From positions 58,661 to 122,660 of the forward strand of contig CAZXLF010000006.1 in NCBI GenBank assembly GCA_964642015.1: a stretch of DNA of 64,000 nt, in the 5' to 3' direction. Under the pieces are notes generated by a model that was given only the letters and a program-made list of their open reading frames with translations, was not told the DNA's origin and did not search any database. Below are positions 38,555 to 50,117 of the stretch, piece after piece. This stretch comes from an uncultured Planctomycetia bacterium. GTDB lineage: Bacteria > Omnitrophota > Gorgyraeia > 2-02-FULL-51-18. The translations under genes were made by a program, and so were the position numbers. Each line of letters starts with the position of its first letter. Position 1 is the first letter of the stretch.

Positions 38555-40243
38555 TTAACTTTTTAAGGCGGATTTCGGATGTGGCGGAAGCTTCACATTC
38601 ACATCGATACCATTCTCGGCAAAAACCCTCCTCAAAACCCGATGGATCATAGGGACATCAGGAAGCGGTTTTAAGAGTTTTTCGAAATCCAAGCCTTCCT
38701 TGCGCTGCGCGCTTTTGACCAGCGCTAAACCCAAATTGCGCGCCGCGGGCACATAATAGGGATCCAGCTGCAAAGCCCGGACGAATTCGCTGATCGCCGC
38801 TTTGTAATTTGTTTGGCGGGCCAAAGCCAATCCCAGATTATTACGCGTGGGCGCGCGGTCCATGATCTCGGCGCTTTCCCGGAAAAGTTTTTCGGCTCTC
38901 GGCCATGCCGACCGTTCGTATGCCGACAGACCCTCCGCGAAAAGGAGCCACCGGCTGTAAGGAACACGGTTATGATAATTGTAAAAGCGATCTTCGTTCA
39001 GTGACGTCCATAAGTGATGAGCGCTGCTGCTGCCGTACCATAAGAACAATAGCCCGAAAAAAACTAAGACCGGTTTTTTTAGTGCAGGCCGCATCAGGGA
39101 AATTTCGCTGAAAATGACCATTATTAAAATGATGCTGACTGCGAGTAAAAACTGAGAACGTGTCGGCACGATCTCAAAACTCAAGCTGCTTCCAATAACA
39201 AGTTCCAATGATGCGATCAGAATGCACCATAGAAGCAACAATATCTTTGGTTTTTTTCTGGCGCCGATCATGATCGAACAAAATACCAGAAAAGATGCCA
39301 GTGTGAGCGGCCACCCGGGTCCTATCTGTAATTTCTTCGCGAAGATAAAATTGCTTCCCGACAGGATGTTCGCCAAATACTGCTTGACTATCCAAGCACC
39401 GTGGCTCAAAAAATGCAGGAAATTTCTCAAATGAAAACTTTCTTCAGCGCCCAAAGCCGTATGACGCTGAATAAGAAAAAAGATCCCTCCCATGACGCAG
39501 GATAGCCACAGAACAAAAGACCTCGGGATGTCCTCCTTTCCGGAATAAAAAATAAACGGAAAAAGAGCCGGAACGATAAGAAGCGCGCTGTCTTTACAGC
39601 ATGCCGCAAGATACACAGCTATTCCCGCCAGAGGGATCCAAAAAAGAAACTCGGTCTCAGACCTTGTGAGGATCCATCTATAAAAAAGCGCTGTCGCCAG
39701 CATCGCCGGCAGTTCAAGCGCATTAGTAGCCCAGGCGCCTTGGATATAAAACCAGCTTCCAAAAGGATGGGCCGCAAAAAAAAGCGACGCGGCCAGCGCT
39801 TTAAAAGGAGAAAGATTTAAAATTCTCGCGAATAAATAGACGCTGTAAACGGCCAGACCGAACATCAGAGCTGAAAAAAAGCGGAAAGGTCCTGCTTTTT
39901 TTGCCCCATAAATACGCGCCAATGTTAAAAGGGTCAGGTTATTCGCCGGACGGAAGTAACCTGTTTCAATGCCGGATTCAAATTGAAAGATCTTGGACTT
40001 GATCGATCCTTCCGTTAAAAAAACCGAGTTCAGTTTGATCTTTTGCAGATCTTCACTGATAAAAGGCCCGCAAGAAGTCACGATCGCCAGAAAAAACACA
40101 AACGCCCCAATGATCGCTAGCGCATGAGAATTTTTAAGAGAAGTCACAATAGATCTTCTGACATCGATTCGTTCATCAACCAAAGAATATGAGGCGTCAT
40201 CATCAATTGAAGCCGCCCACAGTCTGCAGAGCGCGCGGATCAT
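38555..40243 (-). CDS. TMTC-like GT-C membrane protein with C-terminal TPR
   Basis: GYFRP, LFFAAHP, CKDSA; NNLGLALA..ALQLDP..ARNLG; start uncertain. Confidence 0.7.
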   Translation of the reverse strand: MIRALCRLWAASIDDDASYSLVDERIDVRRSIVTSLKNSHALAIIGAFVFFLAIVTSCGPFISEDLQKIKLNSVFLTEGSIKSKIFQFESGIETGYFRPANNLTLLTLARIYGAKKAGPFRFFSALMFGLAVYSVYLFARILNLSPFKALAASLFFAAHPFGSWFYIQGAWATNALELPAMLATALFYRWILTRSETEFLFWIPLAGIAVYLAACCKDSALLIVPALFPFIFYSGKEDIPRSFVLWLSCVMGGIFFLIQRHTALGAEESFHLRNFLHFLSHGAWIVKQYLANILSGSNFIFAKKLQIGPGWPLTLASFLVFCSIMIGARKKPKILLLLWCILIASLELVIGSSLSFEIVPTRSQFLLAVSIILIMVIFSEISLMRPALKKPVLVFFGLLFLWYGSSSAHHLWTSLNEDRFYNYHNRVPYSRWLLFAEGLSAYERSAWPRAEKLFRESAEIMDRAPTRNNLGLALARQTNYKAAISEFVRALQLDPYYVPAARNLGLALVKSAQRKEGLDFEKLLKPLPDVPMIHRVLRRVFAENGIDVNVKLPPHPKSALKS

Positions 40244-40955
40244 TTTGATCCGAGACCCACGCAGAAATTGCCGTTTTCTTTACCGAAAAACCGTCGGGGA
40301 TTTTCAATCGCACTTTTGCTTCGAAGTGCCCGTCTTTTTCGGTTTCCGATTCTTTTTCCTCGTAATCGATCACCGTAAAATCATGCCTGATCCGTCGGCC
40401 CGCATTCTCGCCTGCCTTTACATCAGACACCATGTCAAATCCAAGCAAAGCCGCATGGATCGTAAACGACTTCGAGGACAGATCTCCGGCAGGTAAAAAA
40501 ATTATTTTATACGAGCCTTCCGCTTCCTTTTCGATGGAAAGGATGCCTGCACTTTCTTTCGGATTGAGATTGATCGATTCATAACGCGACCAATCGCGCC
40601 ACTCTTTACCATCCAAAACAAATCCCGGCGTATAGATATCCCGACTTCCCCAAAGTGTGGAATATGCTTGCTGTCTCTCGGTAAAACGCGCGTCGGAAAA
40701 TTTATCCTTCCATCCCAGACGGTCCCAATAATCGACATGAAAAACGACCGGCACATACTCTTTCCAGAGATCCGGATCTTTTTTAAGACGGCTCACCCAT
40801 TCTTCAGCCGGCGGACAGCTGCTGCATCCTTCGGAGCTATAAACTTCCAAAAGCGCGACTTTCTCGGGACCGCTTTGTGCAAGCACAGAAGCCCGGCAAG
40901 GGATTGTAATAATAAACGCGGAAATGACAATAGAAATAATGAGAGTTTTCCGCAT
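40203..40955 (-). CDS. DUF1223 (thioredoxin-like, exported) protein
   Basis: EVYSSEGCSSCPPAE, FHVDYWD.LGWKD, YTPGFV, GENAGR. Confidence 0.88.
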   Translation of the reverse strand: MRKTLIISIVISAFIITIPCRASVLAQSGPEKVALLEVYSSEGCSSCPPAEEWVSRLKKDPDLWKEYVPVVFHVDYWDRLGWKDKFSDARFTERQQAYSTLWGSRDIYTPGFVLDGKEWRDWSRYESINLNPKESAGILSIEKEAEGSYKIIFLPAGDLSSKSFTIHAALLGFDMVSDVKAGENAGRRIRHDFTVIDYEEKESETEKDGHFEAKVRLKIPDGFSVKKTAISAWVSDQNDPRALQTVGGFN

Positions 40956-40975
40956 AAAAAACCTAACGCCCCATT

Positions 40976-41476
40976 TTATGCGCGCTGCTTTTTCATGTCA
41001 GCGTATTTTTTCTTGGCCTCCAGAACTTGCGGATGATTCGGGCCGTAGTAATCTTCAAGAACTTTGATAGCACGCTGGGAATATTCGTCGGCCTTCTTAT
41101 AATGTTTCTGAGAATCATAGTACATGGCGAGGTTATTTAAAGGCACCGCAAGATCCGGATGGCCTGCCGGTAATATTTTCTCGGAGATCGATAAAGCTCT
41201 TTTATAAAGAGGTTCCGCGGCTTTGTATTTCTTCGTCTTTTTATAAAGCAGAGCGAGGTTGTTCAGCGCAAGCACCGTTTCCCGGGAATTCGATCCATGA
41301 TCAGATTCCGCGACATCCAGCGCTTTTTGCGCCACAGGAATGGCTTTCGTGTAATATTTGTTCTGGTACATCTCGATCACCTGCGCGTTCAGCGACTCCC
41401 AAGTTTCGGTCGCTGCCGTCGAAATGCCGGGCATACAAAAAGCGGTCAATGCCAATACACCGATAAGTTTCCTCAT
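40976..41476 (-). CDS. Exported TPR protein (kinesin-light-chain-type repeats)
   Basis: LNNLALLY..AEPLYKRAL..HPDLA..LNNLA. Confidence 0.85.
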   Translation of the reverse strand: MRKLIGVLALTAFCMPGISTAATETWESLNAQVIEMYQNKYYTKAIPVAQKALDVAESDHGSNSRETVLALNNLALLYKKTKKYKAAEPLYKRALSISEKILPAGHPDLAVPLNNLAMYYDSQKHYKKADEYSQRAIKVLEDYYGPNHPQVLEAKKKYADMKKQRA

Positions 41477-41503
41477 ATGCTGCCTCCTATGCTTTGAAAT
41501 GAT

Positions 41504-41923
41504 CTACGATATTTTTTTCAACATTCTGACACCGCGGCCGCCGTTATAGAATTCGACGCTATCCATCATTTTTTTCATCAAGAAAATGCCGCGGCCGCCA
41601 GGCATATTCTCCGAATAACCGCTTTGCGTCGGATCAGGCACGGTCTTCGGATTGAATCCGCCGCCTTCGTCAGAGACGTCCAAACAAACCTGACCATGAT
41701 CCAGCGTGACACTGACTTTCACTTTGCGGGATAATTTCAGGATGTTGCCATGACGCATTGCGTTCGTGAGCGCCTCTTCTAAAGCAAGTTTTATATTGAA
41801 AAGAGTTTCTTCGTCTGTGATGCGAGAGCGCAGCTCTTTGAAAACGCGGTCAATGAACGGATTGACCTGCTTAAGGTCTGTAGCGAGTGTTTCGTGAAGC
41901 GTAAAATTATTTTCCAAACTCAT
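41504..41923 (-). CDS. RsbW-like anti-sigma factor/Ser kinase (HATPase_c_2)
   Basis: EEALTNAMRHGN, DEGGGF, GGRGIFLM. Confidence 0.88.
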   Translation of the reverse strand: MSLENNFTLHETLATDLKQVNPFIDRVFKELRSRITDEETLFNIKLALEEALTNAMRHGNILKLSRKVKVSVTLDHGQVCLDVSDEGGGFNPKTVPDPTQSGYSENMPGGRGIFLMKKMMDSVEFYNGGRGVRMLKKIS

Positions 41924-42312
41924 GAAGGACGGATCTTCGGCTTGATCTTCCCTTTTTGCACACCGTCGAGAAATTTATCCAAGAATTCATCAGCCTGTTC
42001 TAGGCTTGCAAAAAGCTGAGGGCCCATGAATTTCGTCGACTCAAACACCAGCTGCACCTGCGGCTGCACGTTCACGAGCGCGATCGTCGCGGCTTTAGCT
42101 TCCAGCTCGATCTTCGCACGGAAAAAAGCGCTCAAGCCCATGCTGCTGATATAAGTGACCTGCGCCATATCCATCACCACCGCTTTGGCTTTGGGAATAA
42201 TGCTCTTAAACTGCTCGGTTAAAGCTCCATAGGTTTCCGTATTGATCTCGCCTTTCAAAGCTAGATTGTAAATACCGGCTTCTTTCTCGCTGACCTGGAT
42301 ATCAAGTGCCAC
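41920..42312 (-). CDS. STAS anti-sigma antagonist
   Basis: LKGEIN, VMDMAQVTYISSMGL; GTG start after AAGGAG. Confidence 0.85.
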   Translation of the reverse strand: MALDIQVSEKEAGIYNLALKGEINTETYGALTEQFKSIIPKAKAVVMDMAQVTYISSMGLSAFFRAKIELEAKAATIALVNVQPQVQLVFESTKFMGPQLFASLEQADEFLDKFLDGVQKGKIKPKIRPS

Positions 42313-42388
42313 GGACACTCCTTTGTTTTTTAATAGTTGGCGGTAATATTTTATCTTTTTTGATAAAAAAAGTTTAGATAAAACAGTT

Positions 42389-43561
42389 TCACAATTTTTT
42401 GATCTGCTCGGCGATTTTACCCGCTGCCAATTCGCGGCCCATCGGGTTAAGATGCGTGTCAAATTGATAGTAAAGATATTGCCTGTTCCTTGCAGCATCC
42501 TTAAAAAAAGGCGTGAAACTTAAGAACGAGATCGCTGACCGGCCGGCCAGCTCGCGTATTGCCGTCTCTTGGTTTTCTGCCGCTTGAAGCTGCTGGGTAC
42601 GGATCTTGAGCCACTTGGCTCCGCTATGCCCGGTAGAATAAGGACCGTAAATATGCACCGTCGACGGAAAATAAGCGATCAGCGGTTTGATGTGATAGTC
42701 ATGACAGGTCTTGGTCCATTCCTTAAAAACCTGATCCAATATCTTGCCTTCATTGGAATTCAAAATATCTTTCACCGTCCGCGTGTCCGATTTATAGGAA
42801 AATACCGTGGGGAACGTTCGATCCCCTATCTTCACTTCGACAAGTTCGTCGCGTACATCCGCCTCATAACGGTTCTTGATGCCAAGGATCCCTAAGATCC
42901 GCTTTTTGAAATATCTCCAAACATCCCGGGACGCGATCAGATATCTTTTGAAAAAACTTTTGGATGATAAATTAAAATGATAATAATTCCCGCCGGCTTT
43001 CCATCGCTGATACTGAACGACGTCTTCGAGATCATTTCCTTCAAAAAAACACATCACGGCATAGCGCGGCAACTGTTTTAATCCATAACGCTCAAATACT
43101 CTCAAATACTGGCATGGTCCCCACCATTCGGTCCCAAAATCGCTGGTCTGAAGGCCCGTCGCCTTTTTTATTCTGAACCGTAGAGAATCTTCCAGGCTTT
43201 CAGAAACGCCGAGAAAAGAATCTCCCAAGAGAACAATATCGGACCTCGATGGATTCTCGTTGCGGAAACCATCCGGTCCTACAACAAGCTCGAACGGGAA
43301 CGGTGCCGGTTTTACGTGAAGACCGGGACGGTAAAGATCGCCAAGACCGTCCTTCACGTGATAAGCACGCGGTCTCCAATGAAAAACAAGATCAGGGTCT
43401 TCTATGAATCGACGGCGGAGCGCATAGTAATGGATCTCGTCGGAGAAAACTCGCGACGACATCATCGGATTTGCTTCGAAAAAAGCAAAAATGATCAGTG
43501 TGGCAATTAAGAATGTCGCAAAAAATATCGCTAAACCTGCGAATATCTCATTTCTCGACAT
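42389..43561 (-). CDS. SGNH/AlgX-like membrane-anchored hydrolase/acetyltransferase
   Basis: LGDSF, FFEGNDL, DTHLNPMG. Confidence 0.78.
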   Translation of the reverse strand: MSRNEIFAGLAIFFATFLIATLIIFAFFEANPMMSSRVFSDEIHYYALRRRFIEDPDLVFHWRPRAYHVKDGLGDLYRPGLHVKPAPFPFELVVGPDGFRNENPSRSDIVLLGDSFLGVSESLEDSLRFRIKKATGLQTSDFGTEWWGPCQYLRVFERYGLKQLPRYAVMCFFEGNDLEDVVQYQRWKAGGNYYHFNLSSKSFFKRYLIASRDVWRYFKKRILGILGIKNRYEADVRDELVEVKIGDRTFPTVFSYKSDTRTVKDILNSNEGKILDQVFKEWTKTCHDYHIKPLIAYFPSTVHIYGPYSTGHSGAKWLKIRTQQLQAAENQETAIRELAGRSAISFLSFTPFFKDAARNRQYLYYQFDTHLNPMGRELAAGKIAEQIKKL

Positions 43562-43598
43562 GCGGCTCTTGGTGCCTAGCTTTGGTGGACGGATGTTT

Positions 43599-43877
43599 TC
43601 AATGACTAATGCGATCTATCTGCTTCGCTTCTTTGCGATCGGCCATGAGCCATACTTTCAGCTTGTCATTCTTTTTGTAGTTGTTGATCATGCCCTGTTT
43701 GACAAGCACGCGGTATTCACGCCTGCCGATCTTGTTGTCCAGCTCATTCTTAACGATTATGATGCTTTTCGTGTAATCAATATTGATAATAAGCCCCTGC
43801 AGATCCGGGTCTCCTGCCCACGCGACAGCCGTGGTCAACATCATCCCGAGAAATATCCCTGCGATCGTTTTCTTCAT
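43599..43877 (-). CDS. Small exported OB-fold-like protein
   Basis: AAGGAG SD, signal peptide AWA. Confidence 0.6.
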   Translation of the reverse strand: MKKTIAGIFLGMMLTTAVAWAGDPDLQGLIINIDYTKSIIIVKNELDNKIGRREYRVLVKQGMINNYKKNDKLKVWLMADRKEAKQIDRISH

Positions 43878-43896
43878 CGTCTCTCCTTTTTTAATA

Positions 43897-44883
<987 letters not shown>

Positions 44884-44902
44884 TTCTCCCTCCGGAAAAT
44901 AT

Positions 44903-45451
44903 TTATTCTTCGATCGCGTAGATCAGATTGTCTTCGATGCGGTAAATGAAAGGTGCGACTTCTATCTTTGGATATTGGCGTTTCAGACGCTTGGACTCGC
45001 TCAGCACAAAATCGATCTCATTGCCGATCTCATGCTCGTCGACGAACTGATCAAAATGTTCTGCCGCTCGCTCACGGCTCCATCCGGCGCCTTCGACCAT
45101 GCCTTGGATGAAAAGTTCCTGCCTGTCCATGAGGCGCGACATGCCGCACTGATTGTGGCCGACAAGCGCGATGTAGCGCACACCGCCGATCGCGATCGCA
45201 TAGGATACCCTGAATTCACTGTAGCGCAGATTGGCGCCTCCGGTGCGGATGATGAACGCAAAATTTTCAGGAATATGCAGATGCTTGCGGTTGTCCATGC
45301 ACATGCCGATCAGAAGCCGTGCACTGGTGTAGGCCTCATAAGGACGGTTCAGATTGTGATATTCAAGAAGTCGCCCGATCGGTGTATCCCGAAGCTCAGA
45401 CGCAATGTCATTGACGGACTGTATCTTTCTGAGACGATCCAAAGAATTCAT
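44903..45451 (-). CDS. beta-carbonic anhydrase-like protein
   Basis: CMDNR and HNQCG zinc ligands. Confidence 0.8.
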   Translation of the reverse strand: MNSLDRLRKIQSVNDIASELRDTPIGRLLEYHNLNRPYEAYTSARLLIGMCMDNRKHLHIPENFAFIIRTGGANLRYSEFRVSYAIAIGGVRYIALVGHNQCGMSRLMDRQELFIQGMVEGAGWSRERAAEHFDQFVDEHEIGNEIDFVLSESKRLKRQYPKIEVAPFIYRIEDNLIYAIEE

Positions 45452-45519
45452 CCTCCGTAATTTAGGTCATATTCTATCTATTTTGCGGGGAAATGGTTAG
45501 GAAAATTTTGAGCATAAAC

Positions 45520-45551
45520 AAAAAGCTACGGCAATTATCCACCGTAGTTTT
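45520..45551. terminator. Terminator-like hairpin
   Basis: aaaaagctacgg/ccgtagttttt; sits between divergent genes, so role unclear. Confidence 0.4.
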
Positions 45552-45688
45552 ATTAAATCAATTCCTATAAAAAATCGATCAGGCCACTGCTGTATCGTAA
45601 TGCCAAAAATACTAAAAAAAATTTTGGTTAAAATATTCCGGAATTTATGCAAAAATCAATGTCTTATTGACTGGGATATATTTGGATC

Positions 45689-46525
45689 ATGACAAACCTT
45701 ACTGTACAAAATACGGCCGATATTGACACACGCCGCGAGAAAGCTTTGGAGCTTGAAAGAAAAGCATCCTCACTGCAATCCGACGGCAAGATCCAGCAGG
45801 CGTTTGACGCGTATGATGAAGCGGGCAACACATTCCGTGATCTCGGCGAACATTTAAAATCATCGATCTGCTATTCCGCGGCCGCGACATGCTGGAGTAT
45901 CTACACAGGGCGCCATTCGCAGGTGCAGGCCGCAAGCCGGACTTATCTTGCCGCCGTCGAGGCCATGCAGGCCAAGCAATACGATTACTCGCGTTCATTA
46001 TTCCGCGACGCGGCGATCCTTTTTGAGAGTGAAGGTGATGCCGAAAATTATTCCAAGTGCTTCATCGGATCGCAGCGCGCAGGACGTCAGCGTGCTTTTG
46101 AATTATGGCTGCACGGACGTGCGTCTGATAGTTTTGACATCAGTTCGATCCTGGATGAAAAAGCGGGCTTCAGGCAACGGGCACACAATCTGCTTCGATG
46201 GCTGTTAAATATTTTAAATGATGCGATCTGGGGATACGGTGAAAAACCGTTCCGCACGTTCGCGGTTTTAGTCGTGATCGTGGTCGGCTGCGCAATAGCG
46301 TACAGTCTCTCCGGCTGTATCGTCATAGAAAATACGGTGCGGCGATTATCTTTTTGGGAAGGTCTCTACTTCAGCGCGACGACATTCACGACCGTAGGGT
46401 TCGGCGATTATGTGCCGACGCATTGGACGCGCTTTCTTGCCGCGATAGAAGCAATGTCAGGGATGGCGCTTGTGCCGGTATTTCTCGTAGGTCTCACCCG
46501 CCGGCATCTCAGGATGCATCAATAA
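45689..46525 (+). CDS. 2-TM potassium channel domain with N-terminal helical-repeat region
   Basis: WGYGEKPFR, LYFSATTFTTVGFGD selectivity filter, AAIEAMSG. Confidence 0.8.
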   Translation: MTNLTVQNTADIDTRREKALELERKASSLQSDGKIQQAFDAYDEAGNTFRDLGEHLKSSICYSAAATCWSIYTGRHSQVQAASRTYLAAVEAMQAKQYDYSRSLFRDAAILFESEGDAENYSKCFIGSQRAGRQRAFELWLHGRASDSFDISSILDEKAGFRQRAHNLLRWLLNILNDAIWGYGEKPFRTFAVLVVIVVGCAIAYSLSGCIVIENTVRRLSFWEGLYFSATTFTTVGFGDYVPTHWTRFLAAIEAMSGMALVPVFLVGLTRRHLRMHQ

Positions 46526-46564
46526 TTTATCGACTTCACTAAGGGTCGATCAAAAAATCGAATA

Positions 46565-47569
46565 TCATCCCGCTTTCCCGACTCGCTGGCCATACGCAGG
46601 CGGAATAAAATGAGGCATCGCGCCCGGCATCAGGTGTCCCAAGTCATCGAATAGTTTCTCTTCATAGGTTTTGATCCGCTGTCTTTCTTCGGCAGAAAGA
46701 ATACCATCTGCTAAACACGGTTCCAGAAATTGATGCTGATAGTCGGTGTGATCATGTCCGGGCACGATCACCAAATTACCCAATGATCGGCGAAGACGCT
46801 GGATGCGTCTGATCGAATCGACCTGCTGTTTTTCCAAAATTTTTCCTCCGAACATGATCGGGCGCACATCATCAACGGCCAGATGCCTCAACGTGTACAT
46901 GATGTCGCCTGTAAGCAATAGATGATAGCCATCCATCCGCACGAGCACCGCCAGATGGCCCGGATTGTGCCCCGGTGTCGGCAAGAGGATCACGCTGCCG
47001 TCGCCCACGAGGTCTTGACTCGCGTCGAAACTATGAAAAGAACCCGACGTAAAAGTGACCGACTGCCATTCTTTGACCTTGTCTATCGAGGGCCGATAGA
47101 CGATCGGAACAAATCCAAATGCTTTCATTTTAAGGGACGCCCATTCCGCCTGCGATACGACGACTTTTGCCTCAGGCACATATTGGAGACCGCCGACATG
47201 GTCCTCGTGAAAATGCGTCAATACCACCATGCGGATATCCTCGCACCGGTAACCCAGCTGCTTGACCTGCGCCGGCAGTTCCTGTTCCCGAGTCAGAAGA
47301 TATTCGTCGTCATCCAGCAGATAACGCATGATCCCTTTGTAATAATTGCGATGTTCATGCGCCTGCTGCCAATTGATGCCTGTATCAACAAGGATCAATC
47401 CGGCCTTCGGATGATCGATCAAATAAGCATGGATCGGCACAAGGATATAGTGGCTTTTGTCGGTGATGAATTTCCACATGCCGCCTATTCCTCTCCATCC
47501 CTGCAGTCCTCCATAAAATTGTCCGAAAGGGACTTTTGTGTCCCCGACATAAAGAGAAAATATTTTCAT
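46565..47569 (-). CDS. N-acyl homoserine lactonase-like metallo-beta-lactamase fold protein
   Basis: LVDTG, THFHEDH, TPGHNPGH, LTGD, PGHD. Confidence 0.85.
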   Translation of the reverse strand: MKIFSLYVGDTKVPFGQFYGGLQGWRGIGGMWKFITDKSHYILVPIHAYLIDHPKAGLILVDTGINWQQAHEHRNYYKGIMRYLLDDDEYLLTREQELPAQVKQLGYRCEDIRMVVLTHFHEDHVGGLQYVPEAKVVVSQAEWASLKMKAFGFVPIVYRPSIDKVKEWQSVTFTSGSFHSFDASQDLVGDGSVILLPTPGHNPGHLAVLVRMDGYHLLLTGDIMYTLRHLAVDDVRPIMFGGKILEKQQVDSIRRIQRLRRSLGNLVIVPGHDHTDYQHQFLEPCLADGILSAEERQRIKTYEEKLFDDLGHLMPGAMPHFIPPAYGQRVGKAG

Positions 47570-47723
47570 CGATTTTCCTCCTGCTTCGATCGGATTATAT
47601 TGTTCCTAAAACCAAAAAATAACCCGTTTATGAATTTATCTGACATAAATCGTCCGGATCAATAGAGCCATTTTACCCATTTTTGTTAAGGAAATTGTAG
47701 TTTATTTTCTGTAAAATGCTTTC

Positions 47724-49151
47724 ATGCACGTTATCCGTTGGATCTTCCTGCGTTTTCTGGGCCTGATCTATCTGTCCGCTTTTCTATCGCTTTGGCCGCA
47801 AATTCCCGGTCTCATCGGAAGCCGCGGCATATTGCCGGCGCATGACCTTTTGAACGCGGCCGGCAACCAGCTCGGCGTCATGCGTTACTGGTTCTTTCCG
47901 ACACTCTTTTGGCTGAATCATTCAGACATTTTCCTGCAAATCATCTGCATAGCCGGTATCTGCGCTTCGATACTCCTCGTCATCGGCATAGCTCCGGTCG
48001 TCAATCTGTCCGTTCTTTGGTTCTTTTATTTGTCATTCTACACGGTTGGCGGTGATTTTCTACAATTCCAATGGGACGTCCTGCTTCTTGAAACAGGTTT
48101 TCTTGCGGTCTTTTTTGCCCCGCTTCAATGGACGGAAAAACTTTCCAGCCCCTCGCAGCCGTCACCCATGATCGTGTGGCTTTTTAGGTGGCTGCTTTTC
48201 CGGCTCATGCTCCTTTCAGGCGCCTCAAAACTTTTGAGCGGAGATCCCACCTGGCGCGATCTTACCGCGCTTAATTTTCATTATCAGACCCAGCCTCTGC
48301 CGACATGGATCGGCTGGTACGCGCATCACTTGTCCGGACACTTCCAAAGTTTTTCGGTTTTCACGATGTTTGTGATCGAGCTTGTGATACCCTTTTTTAT
48401 TTTTCTTCCCAGAAAACTGCGCCTCTTCGCTTTCTTTCCGATCGTGGGCCTGCAACTTTTGATCTTGCTGACAGGCAATTATTGTTTCTTTAATTTACTT
48501 GCGATCGCGTTATCTATTTTACTGCTGGACGATGCGTTTATTATGAGATCCTCTTCAGCGGCAACTGAAAGAAAAGAATGGCCGAGATGGATCACGATAT
48601 CCGTCGCGAGCCTCGTCCTTTTCTTGTCCTTTATTCAGACAACGATCCGATTCAGAGAGCCCGTTCCAATGATGCGGCCGTTCTATATTCTGGGAGAGTT
48701 GTCCTCGCCTTTCTGCATCACGAATAGCTACGGCCTTTTCGCCGTGATGACGACGTCGAGGTCCGAGATCATCGTCGAAGGCTCAGATGACGGTGACACA
48801 TGGCAAGTTTACGAATTCAAGTACAAGCCCGGTGACTTGAAAAAGAAACCTTCTTTTGTGGAGCCGCACCAACCGAGACTTGATTGGCAGATGTGGTTCG
48901 CCGCTTTGGGCAATTACCGGCAAAACCGCTGGTTCATGCTGTTTCTAAAAAGACTTTTGGAGGGCTCAAAACCCGTATTGGATCTTATGGCAAAAAATCC
49001 GTTCCCCGACAAACCGCCCAAATATGTGAGAGCTGTGCTCTATGATTATCGGTTCACCAGTCCCGAAGAAAAAAAGAGGACCGGCGAATGGTGGACACGC
49101 GCCTATCAGCATCCGTACTGCCCGACCGTATCACTGGAAGATTATCGATAA
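47724..49151 (+). CDS. Lipase maturation factor (LMF1) family protein
   Basis: FQWDVLLLETGF, HYQTQPLP, NSYGLFAVMT, PHQPRLDWQMWFAAL. Confidence 0.92.
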   Translation: MHVIRWIFLRFLGLIYLSAFLSLWPQIPGLIGSRGILPAHDLLNAAGNQLGVMRYWFFPTLFWLNHSDIFLQIICIAGICASILLVIGIAPVVNLSVLWFFYLSFYTVGGDFLQFQWDVLLLETGFLAVFFAPLQWTEKLSSPSQPSPMIVWLFRWLLFRLMLLSGASKLLSGDPTWRDLTALNFHYQTQPLPTWIGWYAHHLSGHFQSFSVFTMFVIELVIPFFIFLPRKLRLFAFFPIVGLQLLILLTGNYCFFNLLAIALSILLLDDAFIMRSSSAATERKEWPRWITISVASLVLFLSFIQTTIRFREPVPMMRPFYILGELSSPFCITNSYGLFAVMTTSRSEIIVEGSDDGDTWQVYEFKYKPGDLKKKPSFVEPHQPRLDWQMWFAALGNYRQNRWFMLFLKRLLEGSKPVLDLMAKNPFPDKPPKYVRAVLYDYRFTSPEEKKRTGEWWTRAYQHPYCPTVSLEDYR

Positions 49152-49207
49152 GCATCTGACGATAATTTAAAAAATCGGCGGTGTCCTATTAGACAACGCT
49201 TTAAAGT

Positions 49208-49960
49208 TTACGGCGCGATCGCGAAATCCGCCTTCACGACAGCGTTTACTTTTTTGTCGAGTGATGTCGTATCGTTTGTTCCCCAGTCTGATACATCGTA
49301 AGAATTCACCGGCGTGATCTGGAATACACCCATTTTCGCGGAGCGTATGGCTCCGATCCTGTTGCCGCTTGACGCGGCGATCTCTTCGGCGCGTTTTTTG
49401 GCGTCCATCGTCGCTTCCTTCAGCATTTCGATCTTAAGCTCGGCCAGTTTCGTATAAAAATACTCCGGCGCTGCGGAAACGAGCTCGATACCGCGGTCGA
49501 TCAGTTCCGTCGCCTCGCGCGAGATCGCCGTCACTTTCTGGATATCATTGGACCGGACCTCGATCTGCTGACTCAGCAAGTAACCTTCGATCTCATTTGT
49601 ATTATTTCCCTTCTCGTTTTTCTTATAAAGGATCTCCGTGTTCGTCTGTGCGATGATCAGCTCATTTTCACTGATGCCTTTGGAAACCAGATAATCTTTG
49701 ACGACTTTGAGGTCCGCCTTCAAGAAATCGAACGCCTGCGTCATCTTCGGATCGCGCTTCGAAAACGTGAGCTTCCAGACCATGTAATCGGAAACGATCT
49801 TTTTCTCGGCTGAACCTGTGACGCTGACGACTTCTTTGGAGAATCGCATCGCTTTCATCACTCCCTGGGAAAGAATGACGGTCGAAACGATAGTGGCAAC
49901 GGCGATGCAGACACCCAAAACAACGATCTGTGAATTCTTGAAAATACCTTGTCCTTCCAT
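49208..49960 (-). CDS. SIMPL (DUF541) domain protein
   Basis: VSVTGSAEK..SD, DAKKRAEEIA..G..IGAIRSA..GVFQI. Confidence 0.85.
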   Translation of the reverse strand: MEGQGIFKNSQIVVLGVCIAVATIVSTVILSQGVMKAMRFSKEVVSVTGSAEKKIVSDYMVWKLTFSKRDPKMTQAFDFLKADLKVVKDYLVSKGISENELIIAQTNTEILYKKNEKGNNTNEIEGYLLSQQIEVRSNDIQKVTAISREATELIDRGIELVSAAPEYFYTKLAELKIEMLKEATMDAKKRAEEIAASSGNRIGAIRSAKMGVFQITPVNSYDVSDWGTNDTTSLDKKVNAVVKADFAIAP

Positions 49961-50117
49961 GGCGGGCCCCTTTAATTTGGTTTGGTTAGGTGGTTATACT
50001 TGGCTGGAATTGTATTATAACACCTTTTTATTTTTTATTTCAAAGAGAAGAGCAAGAAAAGGATCTTTCGATCCAACTTTTTTTAAATAGATGACGTCCG
50101 GTATGTATAATGAAGCT

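Noticed and set aside
46922-47665. 247-aa + strand ORF
   Set aside because: Antisense to the clear MBL-fold lactonase gene
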